From a virus, in the IMG/VR virus record IMGVR_UViG_3300047462_000344, positions 1 to 64,000 of that record: a stretch of DNA of 64,000 nucleotides. One strand, given 5' to 3'. The first letter of the stretch is position 1, and the number at the start of each line of letters is the position of its first letter. The position numbers and the translations under genes are program-made. Positions 27,049 through 35,274 of the stretch are shown here, in pieces. The notes under the pieces are model-generated. The model made no database searches. It was given only the letters and a program-made list of their open reading frames with translations, and was not told the DNA's origin.

Positions 27049-27697
27049 CGATTTTGCCGAGCAGATCGAATTTTCTTAAAACTATACGCCTCGGTAATGC
27101 CAAGCCACCGAAATGGGCCCGATCGCTGGGCAGGTCGGCGAAGACGAAATACTCGGGAATCCGCCGCCCGCTGATCGTGTAATCCGTGCCATCCGGCGGG
27201 GCGGTCTGCCCGCTCGCCCATGTCACGGTCGGATTCTCCCCAAACCCCACGGTCGGTATGTCGGCATCCGTCACGGCGAAGCTCTCCGGATCGACCCAGA
27301 AGGCCCGGTCCACCGTGGTAACGGGGAAGGTCAGGGTTTCCGACCCGGTATGGTTGAGGATCGAGTCAAACGGCTCCGTGGACTGAATGAAGACGACCCG
27401 GTCATATTCCTTCGCCGACCAGAACGGGGAATCACTCCCCGCGGTCACCACCACATCCCCAGTCTCGTACCGCCCCATCGACTCCCATTGCCGGCGCCCC
27501 TTCATCCCGGTCAGACCGACCGTGGCGGAGACGGGCGGGTCCCAGATATAGCCCTTGCCGGCGCAGACCGGGCAGTTCGCCGGCGCGGCCCCGCTGAATG
27601 TGCCACGCTCGTAGGGGCACTGGTAGGATTTGGCCCAGGTCACCGCCTGGCCCATCTCGTTGAGCAGCGCGTTGCAGCGGGCGACGGAGAGCTGCAT
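27041..27697 (-). CDS. Hypothetical head-tail joining-region protein with a CxxC...CxxC zinc-ribbon-like motif
   Basis: ATG 27697 in a TGATG overlap. ...YQCPYERGTFSGAAPANCPVCAGKGY.... Confidence 0.6.
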   Translation of the reverse strand: MQLSVARCNALLNEMGQAVTWAKSYQCPYERGTFSGAAPANCPVCAGKGYIWDPPVSATVGLTGMKGRRQWESMGRYETGDVVVTAGSDSPFWSAKEYDRVVFIQSTEPFDSILNHTGSETLTFPVTTVDRAFWVDPESFAVTDADIPTVGFGENPTVTWASGQTAPPDGTDYTISGRRIPEYFVFADLPSDRAHFGGLALPRRIVLRKFDLLGKIGA

Positions 27698-28485
27698 CAC
27701 ATCACCGCGAAACGGACGCCGAACATGGATTGCCTGATCCGCTCGGCGCGCTGATCGAGTGCGGTCCGGAATTTTTCCACGTCGAGGGAGAGTGATTGCG
27801 ACATGCCGTCGATCGACGTCGATCCGCTTTGCTCCAGCATCTGATCGTCCATGATCGAGAGGACGGCTTTTTTCAGGGTCAGATCGATCAGGTCGGGGTA
27901 ATCGGCCCGGGCATTGGCCAAGCCGCACACATACTGAATCTGGATCAGGAACGGCGCCACGGACCCGCCGCCGAACACGGAGAGCAGATAGGCATTCAGC
28001 GGCACGCCGGAGCTTGTCTGGATGGGCAGCAGATTGATCGACCCGTATTTCTGATCGAGCCTGATCCACCCATTCGGAATCGTGTAGGCGACGGTCGTCG
28101 GGTCCGGATAGTTGAACGTGATGGCCTGGACCTGGCTGACGGGGCGCTGGCGCAGCGGGATGAAGCCGTAGCTGTTCCCATTGAACAGCTTGGGGTCGTA
28201 GTCATAGCCCGGCTCGTAAATGATGGCGCAGCCCTGGGCCTGGTAGGCTGCAATCTGGTCGGGGGAGAGTGTGGTGGGGCAGACCTGCCGCGGCGTGAAA
28301 TAGGCCCGCATGAACCGCTGCAATTCTGATTCGGCCGCCTGGATTTTGGCCAGGATGAAGGCGTCGTCCGGGTCCCAATCCTGAAAATACCGAGCCTGGA
28401 TAGGGGCGAGGCGGTTGCGCCGGAAACCCGGCACGTCAGCCTCACTGAACAGACTGGTAGGCCAAGGTGTGATGCTGCCCGACAT
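27697..28485 (-). CDS. Hypothetical head-completion/connector-region protein
   Basis: 262 aa. Late box at fixed spacing before ATG 28485. Confidence 0.6.
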   Translation of the reverse strand: MSGSITPWPTSLFSEADVPGFRRNRLAPIQARYFQDWDPDDAFILAKIQAAESELQRFMRAYFTPRQVCPTTLSPDQIAAYQAQGCAIIYEPGYDYDPKLFNGNSYGFIPLRQRPVSQVQAITFNYPDPTTVAYTIPNGWIRLDQKYGSINLLPIQTSSGVPLNAYLLSVFGGGSVAPFLIQIQYVCGLANARADYPDLIDLTLKKAVLSIMDDQMLEQSGSTSIDGMSQSLSLDVEKFRTALDQRAERIRQSMFGVRFAVM

Positions 28486-28494
28486 ACCGTCACC

Positions 28495-28507
28495 ATGCCG
28501 TCACGAC
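28495..28507 (-). promoter_or_regulatory. Late box copy
   Basis: Minus strand GTCGTGACGGCAT + GGTGACGGT + ATG(28485). Together they read as a tandem GTGACGGYATG. Confidence 0.55.
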
Positions 28508-28518
28508 GCAGCGCCAGG

Positions 28519-28547
28519 CCCGAGATATAGGATTTGTATATCTCGGG
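28519..28547. other. Perfect 11-bp hairpin between a head gene and a late box
   Basis: CCCGAGATATA (28519-28529), 7-nt loop, TATATCTCGGG (28537-28547). No U-tract on the minus-strand transcript. Confidence 0.5.
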
Positions 28548-28560
28548 GCTGGTTTGCAGA

Positions 28561-28803
28561 TTACCGCAACGGGTTGCGGTTCTCCGGCAGCGTATTGATC
28601 AGCGTGCCGCCATAGGTCGCGGCATTGGCTGTGCCCAGCGCCGTGATGTTCGCGGTATCGACATGGGCGAGGAACGTGTTGTAGAGGGTTTGCAGTGCGG
28701 TGAGCTGGGCGCTGATTTCATACAGCCATACACCCAGGTAAGCATCGTGGGCAGCCGGTGCGAGTTGCTCCAGCTCTCTCTTGTAGTTCTTCACATAGAC
28801 CAT
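28561..28803 (-). CDS. Small head-module hypothetical protein
   Basis: 80 aa. GAGGAG SD. Confidence 0.5.
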   Translation of the reverse strand: MVYVKNYKRELEQLAPAAHDAYLGVWLYEISAQLTALQTLYNTFLAHVDTANITALGTANAATYGGTLINTLPENRNPLR

Positions 28804-28831
28804 GGGCCACTCCTCAGGTTAGCGCGGCTGC

Positions 28832-29026
28832 TCAGGCGGCCGGCTGTTCGGGTTCGTCTGGCTTGGCACCCTTGGCCTTCACCAGTTTGTAGCCGGGGAT
28901 CGACGCAAACCTGGCAGCCTCTTCGTCGGAAATCTCTTCCGAAATGGCTTGGCCACGATCGACGGTAAACGCGGTGCCGCTGATCCTGGTGGAGCAGTTC
29001 GGCAAGGTGCAGATGACGCGCGCCAT
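28832..29026 (-). CDS. Small head-module hypothetical protein
   Basis: 64 aa. AAGGA SD. Directly downstream of the capsid gene. Confidence 0.5.
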   Translation of the reverse strand: MARVICTLPNCSTRISGTAFTVDRGQAISEEISDEEAARFASIPGYKLVKAKGAKPDEPEQPAA

Positions 29027-29094
29027 GGCGCAATCCTTTCATGGGTTGAGAAGAGCTGGGGCGACGACGTGCCCCGGCTCTCCGTGCGGGTTGA

Positions 29095-30606
29095 TCAGCC
29101 CTGGACGCCGGTGCCGACGCTCGACGTGCCGGTCGCGCCGTTCCACTTCCATGCCGAACCGATCGGCACGATGTTCTTGATAACTACGTGGTGGCGCCGT
29201 TTCGAGATACGCAGGTAACCGAACATGGCCTGCGCCCACGGCACGATCATCTGGTTGCTCGGGTACAAGTCGAATTTGAACATACCCTTGAGTTTACGCC
29301 ACGTTATCGCCGTCATGCCGGGGGACAGGTTCAGCACGAACGCCTTGGAGGCGCCGGGCAGGTCGGCATTCAGGTCCACATACGTGGTGGTGGAACCACC
29401 GGTGTTGCGCGGGATGCGCAGCATTTCCCGGATGTCCGCCTCGTTGCCGGCGCCGCCCGTGCCGTTCACCCTGGAGCGGTAGATCACATACCCGGTCTCC
29501 GTCGCGCTGGCGGACTGGGTAATGGTCAGGGTGGCAGCCTGGCCAGACGAAATGGCGGTCTGGCTGGTCCAGGTCACCACGGACTGGCCTGCCATATTCA
29601 CGCCGGCCACGCCCCAGTAGTAGTTGCCGGTCGCGCCATTCGTGGTGGTGAAGCGGCTCGACGCGTTGGACGCAGTCGCGACGGTCACCGAGGCAGGAGC
29701 GATCGTCTGGACGAAGGACGGATATAGCAGCTGGAACGGCGCCTTGGACGTGTCGTCGCGGATGAACACGTCCTCCTGCGTCATTATATTGCCGCCCGAG
29801 GTGCGGATACCCACCACAGGCGCACCCACTTCAAGCCCACCCTTACCCACATCGGTCAGCGCGACGCGGAAGGCCGGGTTCAGGTTGTTGTCGAAATCGG
29901 ACTGAACCTGCGTGTTGAAGTAGATGTCCGTCGCCTGGCCGAAATTGCCGGCCTGGCGAATCTGCCGGGACGCCAGGGTGACGTACGTCTGGTCGTTGAG
30001 AGCATTGCCCTGCACGTCAATGATGTTGCCGGGATCGACCTGGCCAGCCGCAATGCCCGCATTGATCTGGGCATAGATTCCGTCGAATTCCGTCGGCACC
30101 ACACTCGAATCGCCTTCAAACAGTAGGTATTCGGCATCGGTGAGGAGTTGGAGCGCGCCGGCGATGTATTCCTCTTTCTGCGCCGCAACGATGGCGTTCT
30201 GGAGGGTGACGATGTAGGAGACCTGACGCTGCGTCATCAGGTATTTCACCTGGCCGACGCGCCTGTTGTACTGGCCGGTGACCGTGTTGATCACGCCGGT
30301 TTCCGAGTTGGTCGAGCCACCCGGGAAGCCGCCCACGCCGCTCATCTCGGTCCATTCGTCCACGGTCGCCGTGGCCTTCATTTCGGACAATTTATTGAAC
30401 AGTCGGAAGTGCTTGTTCTCCTGGATCGTGGCCTGGAGGGTCATATCCAGCGACTGCACACGCAGCGCGCCGCCACCGGAGAGGGAGGCAACGTCGGTGC
30501 CGTAACCAGCAGTCAAGGCCTTCTGCAGATCAGCGAGCGTGCTGTCCGACATCGGGTAGCCGGTTGTACCGCCGGCCGTGCCGCCGGGGGGAAGTTCAAA
30601 GTTCAT
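29095..30606 (-). CDS. Major capsid protein
   Basis: 503 aa. Follows the protease and scaffold genes. AAGGAAAGGA SD. N-terminal ...GGGALRVQSLD... segment as in HK97-type capsid proteins. Confidence 0.8.
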   Translation of the reverse strand: MNFELPPGGTAGGTTGYPMSDSTLADLQKALTAGYGTDVASLSGGGALRVQSLDMTLQATIQENKHFRLFNKLSEMKATATVDEWTEMSGVGGFPGGSTNSETGVINTVTGQYNRRVGQVKYLMTQRQVSYIVTLQNAIVAAQKEEYIAGALQLLTDAEYLLFEGDSSVVPTEFDGIYAQINAGIAAGQVDPGNIIDVQGNALNDQTYVTLASRQIRQAGNFGQATDIYFNTQVQSDFDNNLNPAFRVALTDVGKGGLEVGAPVVGIRTSGGNIMTQEDVFIRDDTSKAPFQLLYPSFVQTIAPASVTVATASNASSRFTTTNGATGNYYWGVAGVNMAGQSVVTWTSQTAISSGQAATLTITQSASATETGYVIYRSRVNGTGGAGNEADIREMLRIPRNTGGSTTTYVDLNADLPGASKAFVLNLSPGMTAITWRKLKGMFKFDLYPSNQMIVPWAQAMFGYLRISKRRHHVVIKNIVPIGSAWKWNGATGTSSVGTGVQG

Positions 30607-30657
30607 GTCGCAGTCCTTTCCTTATGATTACGGAACGTTAGTGAGTCGGTTCAGTGG

Positions 30658-31269
30658 TTACGCAGCCTCCATCACACCGCGAATCACCTCGGGGTTGATC
30701 GGTGTGCCGGCGATGCGGCTGCCCTCGATTTCGGCCGCCCATGTGCTGGGCAGTTTGCCGGCGCGGCTCAACTGCTCCGCCTTGGCAAAGAACCGATCGC
30801 CAGAGACGGTGTCGGCCTTCGCCATGGTGCCGGTCGGCCCACGGGCGGGCTGGTCATGCACGGTCACCTGAGAGCGGCGGCCGGTGCCGGTCGCGGCCAC
30901 CTTGCGCAGATCGGCGCCGAGGGCCTTGAGCATGGTGCCCTGCCGCTCGATCACCTTGTTCTGGTTCTGCACGATGGTGAGCAGCGAGCGGATCGCGTCG
31001 CTCATCTGATGCTGCCGGCCGTTCAGCGCCTTCATCATGGCGGTACCATCGATTGCTTCGACCACACTGCCATCGCCGAGCTTGACGGTAATGGCCTTGG
31101 CCATGTCGGCTTCGCCGCCGTCCTCGGGGTGTTCTTCCTCATCCTCCTCTTCGCCGCCACCGGCACCCATGTCGGCTTCGTCAGCCATGGCCTTGGCCAC
31201 GGTCGCCGTGGAATCGAGTTCGGTGAGCAGGGCCGCGAACGGGCTTTCGTCAGTGGACGGCTTGGTCAT
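30658..31269 (-). CDS. Scaffolding-like protein
   Basis: 203 aa. Acidic run (GGEEEDEEEHPEDGGE) and helical remainder. Lies between the protease and capsid genes. Confidence 0.6.
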   Translation of the reverse strand: MTKPSTDESPFAALLTELDSTATVAKAMADEADMGAGGGEEEDEEEHPEDGGEADMAKAITVKLGDGSVVEAIDGTAMMKALNGRQHQMSDAIRSLLTIVQNQNKVIERQGTMLKALGADLRKVAATGTGRRSQVTVHDQPARGPTGTMAKADTVSGDRFFAKAEQLSRAGKLPSTWAAEIEGSRIAGTPINPEVIRGVMEAA

Positions 31270-32170
31270 GAGATTTCCTTTTCGAGTTGAGTCCGGTTTT
31301 CAGGTCGGACATGAAACGGGCTACGTGTTGAGCTGCCTCGGCCCGGCCGATGCCGTATGCGGAGGCGGCGTGCGCGACCATTTCTGGGGCGGTCGGGTGC
31401 ACCTTTTTGGCCATGATATCGGCGGCCAATTTGTCGCGGAGGTCCCAGTAGGACTGCACCCCGCGATCGAGACTTTGCTTGCGCAGTGCGCCGCCGCCGG
31501 ACAGGCCAGCAGAATCGGTGCCGTAACCAGCGGTCAGGCCACCGCCCCCGGCGTCCAGCGCCTTGAGCATGACCATGTCCAGCCCGTCATCGGTCCAGCA
31601 CTTTTTGAAGATGCCGAACGGCACGATCGACACGCCGGCCAGGGTGGGGTTCACCGGCGTCCGGGAAAACCCGATATTGGACCAACGCACCTGGGTGAGT
31701 ACCGTGATAGGGCCGCGCGCCTTGTCCATCTCAATATCGGAACTGAGGATTTTGCCGGCGACGCTGGGGTACCACTTCATCGGCGGCGTGATTTGCGTCA
31801 GGCTTTCCCAGAAATCGTTGGCGCATTGCGCCATTTCACCTTCGCCGCGGAAGATGCTGCCCTTCACGAAGGTGCGCTTGTCGTCGAATTTCACTTCGAC
31901 CGGCGCGCCGATTTCGTGGCGGAGATAGTTGGGGTCACCGTTGGCCAGGCCGATGATGGAGCGGTGCTGAATGTCCAGGTTGCCGAACTTGAGAAAATAG
32001 GCGGCACTGTCCGCCAGGGCCTGCATCCTGACCCGTTCGCCCTGGACGTCGATGTTCTCGTTGCTCGCTTCCATGAAGACGAAGCGGTTCTCGCCCTCCG
32101 TCACCGGAGTAGCCTTGAGCATGTCGGGCACGCTCAGTATCGAGAACCCAGTGCCGAAATCCGCGTGCAT
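31250..32170 (-). CDS. Prohead (head-maturation) protease-like protein with a capsid-N-arm-like C-terminal segment
   Basis: ATG 32170 (the ORF track starts at GTG 32173). ...EASNENIDVQGERV...GNLDIQH... resembles HK97-family protease motifs. Head of the head-gene block. Confidence 0.6.
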   Translation of the reverse strand: MHADFGTGFSILSVPDMLKATPVTEGENRFVFMEASNENIDVQGERVRMQALADSAAYFLKFGNLDIQHRSIIGLANGDPNYLRHEIGAPVEVKFDDKRTFVKGSIFRGEGEMAQCANDFWESLTQITPPMKWYPSVAGKILSSDIEMDKARGPITVLTQVRWSNIGFSRTPVNPTLAGVSIVPFGIFKKCWTDDGLDMVMLKALDAGGGGLTAGYGTDSAGLSGGGALRKQSLDRGVQSYWDLRDKLAADIMAKKVHPTAPEMVAHAASAYGIGRAEAAQHVARFMSDLKTGLNSKRKSHDQAVH

Positions 32171-32176
32171 CACACC

Positions 32177-32230
32177 CCAGAAACAAGATGAGCCGCCGAC
32201 ACACCCCCGGGCGGGGTGCAGCAGCGGCTC
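32177..32230 (-). terminator. Terminator/attenuator-like hairpin plus U-rich tail inside a 20-codon leader ORF
   Basis: Minus strand GAGCCGC...CACCCC-GCCCG-GGGGTG...GCGGCTC (32230-32190), followed by ATCTTGTTTCT. The leader ORF 32232-32170 (MSRCCTPPGGVSAAHLVSGV) ends in a TGATG overlap with the protease ATG. Confidence 0.35.
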
Positions 32231-32285
32231 ATCAGAAAAGCCCTTCGAGGCGGCGCGACTGGCGCGGTCACCTCACCATGTCACC

Positions 32286-32298
32286 ATGGCGTCACGAC
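32286..32298 (-). promoter_or_regulatory. Late box copy (distal type)
   Basis: Minus strand GTCGTGACGCCAT followed by two more GTGAC units (GGTGACATGGTGAGGTGACC). About 115 nt upstream of the protease ATG. Confidence 0.45.
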
Positions 32299-32341
32299 CT
32301 GGGCGGCGGGGGATTATTGGGGTTGGGAAAGGGCCGGGGCG

Positions 32342-33439
32342 TCAGGCGCGGATGCAGCGATACGCCTTGATGAACGCCGCCGCGACGTAGGGGTTAATCG
32401 CGTTCCCGTAGGCGCGCAGCTTGCCCACGTCGCCGGGATCCCTTGGAGAAAGCGGGAATGCTCCGGGTTCAAAAGGCCTAAACCGTTCGTCTCGGCAGAA
32501 CACCCATTCAGGCTCGCGCCAGGGATTTGGTGGGCAACCATATTGTTGAGCTGCTCGCCCTTCGGCCCCCCGCCCCGCTCCGCAAAGGGGACGTGGTTCG
32601 GTGTCCGGTAATCGTGGCGCGTCGGCGTCGCCCACCCGGCCAGGAGCGCCCGGTCCATGAGGTTCCCCCGCGCCGTATCGAACGCTCTCGATATGTGGCC
32701 CGGACGGTGATCTCCCTCGTGAGGTGTTGGCCACCCCGCCACCAGCAGTTTCGCCTGCGAATGCAGATTGTCCGGTATCTTGCCCGCCGCGAGCCGCTTC
32801 GCCGAGAACCCGGTCGATTCCGCATTCTCCGCTTTCGGGGTGGACCAGCCGCAGAGTTGAGCCGCGCCCGGCAGTTTCAGGATGATCTTGCCCGCACTGG
32901 TCCCGTATCGACTGTCCGTCGCATCGTTCACCAACGGAGTCGGCCACCCAGTAAAGTCGTTGGCGTATGTTCGGCGCACCGATGCCCGCAGAAGGGAAAT
33001 CGACCGCCCCGATGGCGTAGCCATCCGCTTCCAGGTTAGTCGATACAAGATCGAACCACATCCTTCCGTCTGGGCTTTCAACCTGTTCCCCAAAGACGAT
33101 GCCAGGGCGACGCTGGCGGAGGAGCCAGTGCCAAGCCGGCCAGAGGTGCCGCTCGTCAGCAAACCCGCCGCCTTTGCCTGCCTGGCTGAAAGGCTGGCAT
33201 GGGCAGGATCCGGTCCAGACAGGCCGATCGTCGGGCCAGCCGGCCCAGCGGAGCGCGAGGCTCCAAAGCCCGATGCCGGCGAAGAAATGGCACTGGGTGT
33301 AGCCTCGCAGATCGTCGGCGCAGACGTCCCGGACGTCCCGTGCATCGACGTCTCCGGGAGCAACCAGTCCATTTGCGATGAGGGAGCGCAGCCATTCCGC
33401 CGTAAACGGATCGCTCTCATTATAGTAGGCGCCGCGCAC
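32342..33439 (-). CDS. DNA (cytosine-5) methyltransferase
   Basis: GTG 33439 with a GAGG SD. In this frame: motif I HFFAGIGLWS, IV GSCPCQPFSQAG, VI VFGEQV, VIII APNIRQRLYWVA, X LRAYGNAINPYVAAAFI. The middle ~140 aa are Gly/Arg-rich and motif-free (see finding). Confidence 0.75.
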   Translation of the reverse strand: MRGAYYNESDPFTAEWLRSLIANGLVAPGDVDARDVRDVCADDLRGYTQCHFFAGIGLWSLALRWAGWPDDRPVWTGSCPCQPFSQAGKGGGFADERHLWPAWHWLLRQRRPGIVFGEQVESPDGRMWFDLVSTNLEADGYAIGAVDFPSAGIGAPNIRQRLYWVADSVGERCDGQSIRDQCGQDHPETAGRGSTLRLVHPESGECGIDRVLGEAARGGQDTGQSAFAGETAGGGVANTSRGRSPSGPHIESVRYGAGEPHGPGAPGRVGDADAPRLPDTEPRPLCGAGRGAEGRAAQQYGCPPNPWREPEWVFCRDERFRPFEPGAFPLSPRDPGDVGKLRAYGNAINPYVAAAFIKAYRCIRA

Positions 33440-33511
33440 ATCAGAGCCTCATCGTAACAACGAGGATGGTTCTATTGCCGAACCGCGACAAGTGCAACAG
33501 CCAATCGAACC

Positions 33512-33940
33512 TCAGGCGTCGATGATCGGCCCCGGCGGTTTCGGCTTGGGCCGCGGCGTCGGCGCGGCGGCGTTGGGTGCGGCGCCGGTACTGTTGAAGC
33601 TGGTCCGCTCCGCCGTATCGAAGGCGGCATCCAGGCTGCCGTGCTTGGAAATATAGCCGTTGGAGTGCGTGACGTGCGCCGTGCCATCGTTCTGGAAATG
33701 CGCGACTTGGGCGTGCTTGCGCCTGCCCCGCATCGGGTCCGTGGCGAGCAGCGGCTTGCGGTACACGTGCACACCAGCCGTACTCGACTTGTCGTGCCGC
33801 TCCCAGCCCGGCGGAATCACGGTCTGGTGCGGCGTCCGGCTGTCCTGGTGCTGCGGCACGTGTACGACTGCCCCGCCATGCGTATGGCGATCATAATCAT
33901 GCACCAGCGATTTGGCGAAGAAGAGTATGGGGCGCGTCAT
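33512..33940 (-). CDS. His-rich hypothetical protein with the shared ILFxK(A/S) N-terminal module
   Basis: 142 aa. MTRPILFFAKSLVHDYDRHTHGGAVVHVPQH.... ATGA overlap with the upstream gene. Confidence 0.55.
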   Translation of the reverse strand: MTRPILFFAKSLVHDYDRHTHGGAVVHVPQHQDSRTPHQTVIPPGWERHDKSSTAGVHVYRKPLLATDPMRGRRKHAQVAHFQNDGTAHVTHSNGYISKHGSLDAAFDTAERTSFNSTGAAPNAAAPTPRPKPKPPGPIIDA

Positions 33941-34140
33941 GGCAGTTTCCTCGGAAAAAACAGCACGCGGAGCCTGTCCTGCAGGGCTTTGGCGAATTCA
34001 CGGGTGGGGGCGACGTCCGCCTTGCAGGAGGGGCAGACCAGGACCAAGCCTTCCGCCTTGAAGACGAGGCCGCGGGTGCGGATCATGGGTTCACCGGCCG
34101 CATTGAGGTGGCCCAGATCGGCGCCGCATCGGCATTTCAT
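33937..34140 (-). CDS. Small zinc-ribbon-like protein
   Basis: 67 aa. MKCRCGADLG...LVCPSCKAD.... ATGA overlaps on both sides. Confidence 0.55.
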   Translation of the reverse strand: MKCRCGADLGHLNAAGEPMIRTRGLVFKAEGLVLVCPSCKADVAPTREFAKALQDRLRVLFFPRKLP

Positions 34141-34406
34141 GCCAGCGCACGTTCGGCATTGGCCACGACAATGGCGAGCTGGCCACGTTCGGCGACCAAG
34201 GCCTGATACTGGTCCGCAGCACCGTCATCCAGCAGCGCCCGCCGGCCCAGTTTCTCCAGGTCGGCATTCACCGCCGCAATCCTGTCCCGGCCCGCTTCCA
34301 GGATGCGCTGCTCCGCCGCACGGGTCCGCGACGCGACGCCGGCGAGGTGGCCGAGCCGCTGGCGCGCCGCTTCGATGTGCCGCTCGGGCTGCCCCTTCTC
34401 GTTCAT
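34137..34406 (-). CDS. Small coiled-coil hypothetical protein
   Basis: 89 aa. Late box at fixed spacing before ATG 34406. Confidence 0.55.
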   Translation of the reverse strand: MNEKGQPERHIEAARQRLGHLAGVASRTRAAEQRILEAGRDRIAAVNADLEKLGRRALLDDGAADQYQALVAERGQLAIVVANAERALA

Positions 34407-34698
34407 GCCCGCATCCTGCCGTCACGACTGGGCGCAGCCGCACCAGCACCAGATCGCGGCCATCCCCGGCCGAGAACCGCATCACGGTTTGCAGATCATG
34501 TCGGGTCCGGTCGAGCGGCACAGGCACGGCATGGCGGGTCGGCGCGTAGCCGGCCGAGACCAGGGCGGCATAGGCCACCGCAGCACTACCCCAACTTCTG
34601 GCCAATGTCTGCTCAGGCGCGCCCAGCGGCGCCAGCGTCACCCATTCCCCCGCATCAGCATCGATCATGGCCAGAATGCGGGCGAGCAAATTATTCAT
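34225..34698 (-). CDS. Hypothetical protein; the 3' third overlaps the next gene
   Basis: ATG 34698 with a GGAGGG SD. MNNLLARILAMIDADAGEWVTLAPLG.... The frame has no stop until 34225, so it runs through the late box and overlaps 34137..34406 by 182 nt. Confidence 0.5.
   Translation of the reverse strand: MNNLLARILAMIDADAGEWVTLAPLGAPEQTLARSWGSAAVAYAALVSAGYAPTRHAVPVPLDRTRHDLQTVMRFSAGDGRDLVLVRLRPVVTAGCGHEREGAARAAHRSGAPAARPPRRRRVADPCGGAAHPGSGPGQDCGGECRPGETGPAGAAG
34416..34428 (-). promoter_or_regulatory. Late box copy
   Basis: Minus strand GTCGTGACGGCAG + GATGCGGGC + ATG(34406). Confidence 0.5.
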
Positions 34699-34933
34699 CA
34701 GTCCCTCCAGTCAGAGCGGCAATCGTGGCGGCGCGCGCCTGGGGCGGCATCGCGCAGAGCAGGATCAGCACGACTGCCGCAATCCGTGGTGGCGGCCGAT
34801 AGTCGGGCCGGTCAGGCGAGCACCACCGATTCACCGCCCCACGCGTGAATCCGCTCAACCGGGAAAATGCCGCTTGCGACACGCCGGCCTCGGCCAGCTT
34901 CTCACGAAATTCCAGTCCGCTCATCAGCAGCAT
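34691..34933 (-). CDS. XRE/Cro-type HTH regulator with a hydrophobic C-terminal segment
   Basis: 80 aa. GVSQAAFSRLSGFTRGAVNRW is the HTH, followed by RIAAVVLILLCAMPP. The start is ATG 34933 or 34924 (TGATG with the upstream stop). Confidence 0.65.
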   Translation of the reverse strand: MLLMSGLEFREKLAEAGVSQAAFSRLSGFTRGAVNRWCSPDRPDYRPPPRIAAVVLILLCAMPPQARAATIAALTGGTDE

Positions 34934-35274
34934 CGCGCATCATCCAGCACCGCATCAATGGCCAATCTTGCCTCATCTATGGATGCGAATGTCTTAATTT
35001 CTATATGAGTCGGTCGAGTCCCGGGAATGCTGTGAAGCCCGCCATCCCTGGCTTCCGGGGCGATTATCCAGGCGAAACCGAAAACCCGCGCGTGCCATCG
35101 CTGGTCAGCGACGCGCGGGCTGGGTAGTCGCTGGGCAACAGCAAGACAGCGCCCGTCGCTCATCAGAAGCGCGCTGTCCGGCGGTCGCTCGCGCCACTCC
35201 GTCGGCTTTTTTGGTAGGTTGCGGAACGATAACGCGTTCCACCGCCCATCCCGCACGTCTATAAAACTAGGCAT
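34924..35274 (-). CDS. Hypothetical protein upstream of, and coupled to, the HTH gene
   Basis: ATG 35274 (the ORF track starts at GTG 35325). No recognised motif. Faces an AT-rich divergent control region. Confidence 0.4.
   Translation of the reverse strand: MPSFIDVRDGRWNALSFRNLPKKPTEWRERPPDSALLMSDGRCLAVAQRLPSPRVADQRWHARVFGFAWIIAPEARDGGLHSIPGTRPTHIEIKTFASIDEARLAIDAVLDDARCC

Noticed and set aside
28519-28547. 11-bp perfect hairpin as a canonical rho-independent terminator
   Set aside because: No U-tract follows it on the minus-strand transcript (CCUGGCGC follows), and the plus-strand side has only GGUUUG. It is kept as a structural feature of unknown role, possibly an RNA-stability or attenuation element.
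32990-33441. N-terminal ~150 codons of the frame-B ORF (32314..33441) as real coding sequence
   Set aside because: The translation there is Ser/Ala/Gly/Thr-rich with no motifs, while frame A over the same DNA carries MTase motifs I, IV and VI. Only the central part of frame B looks like protein.
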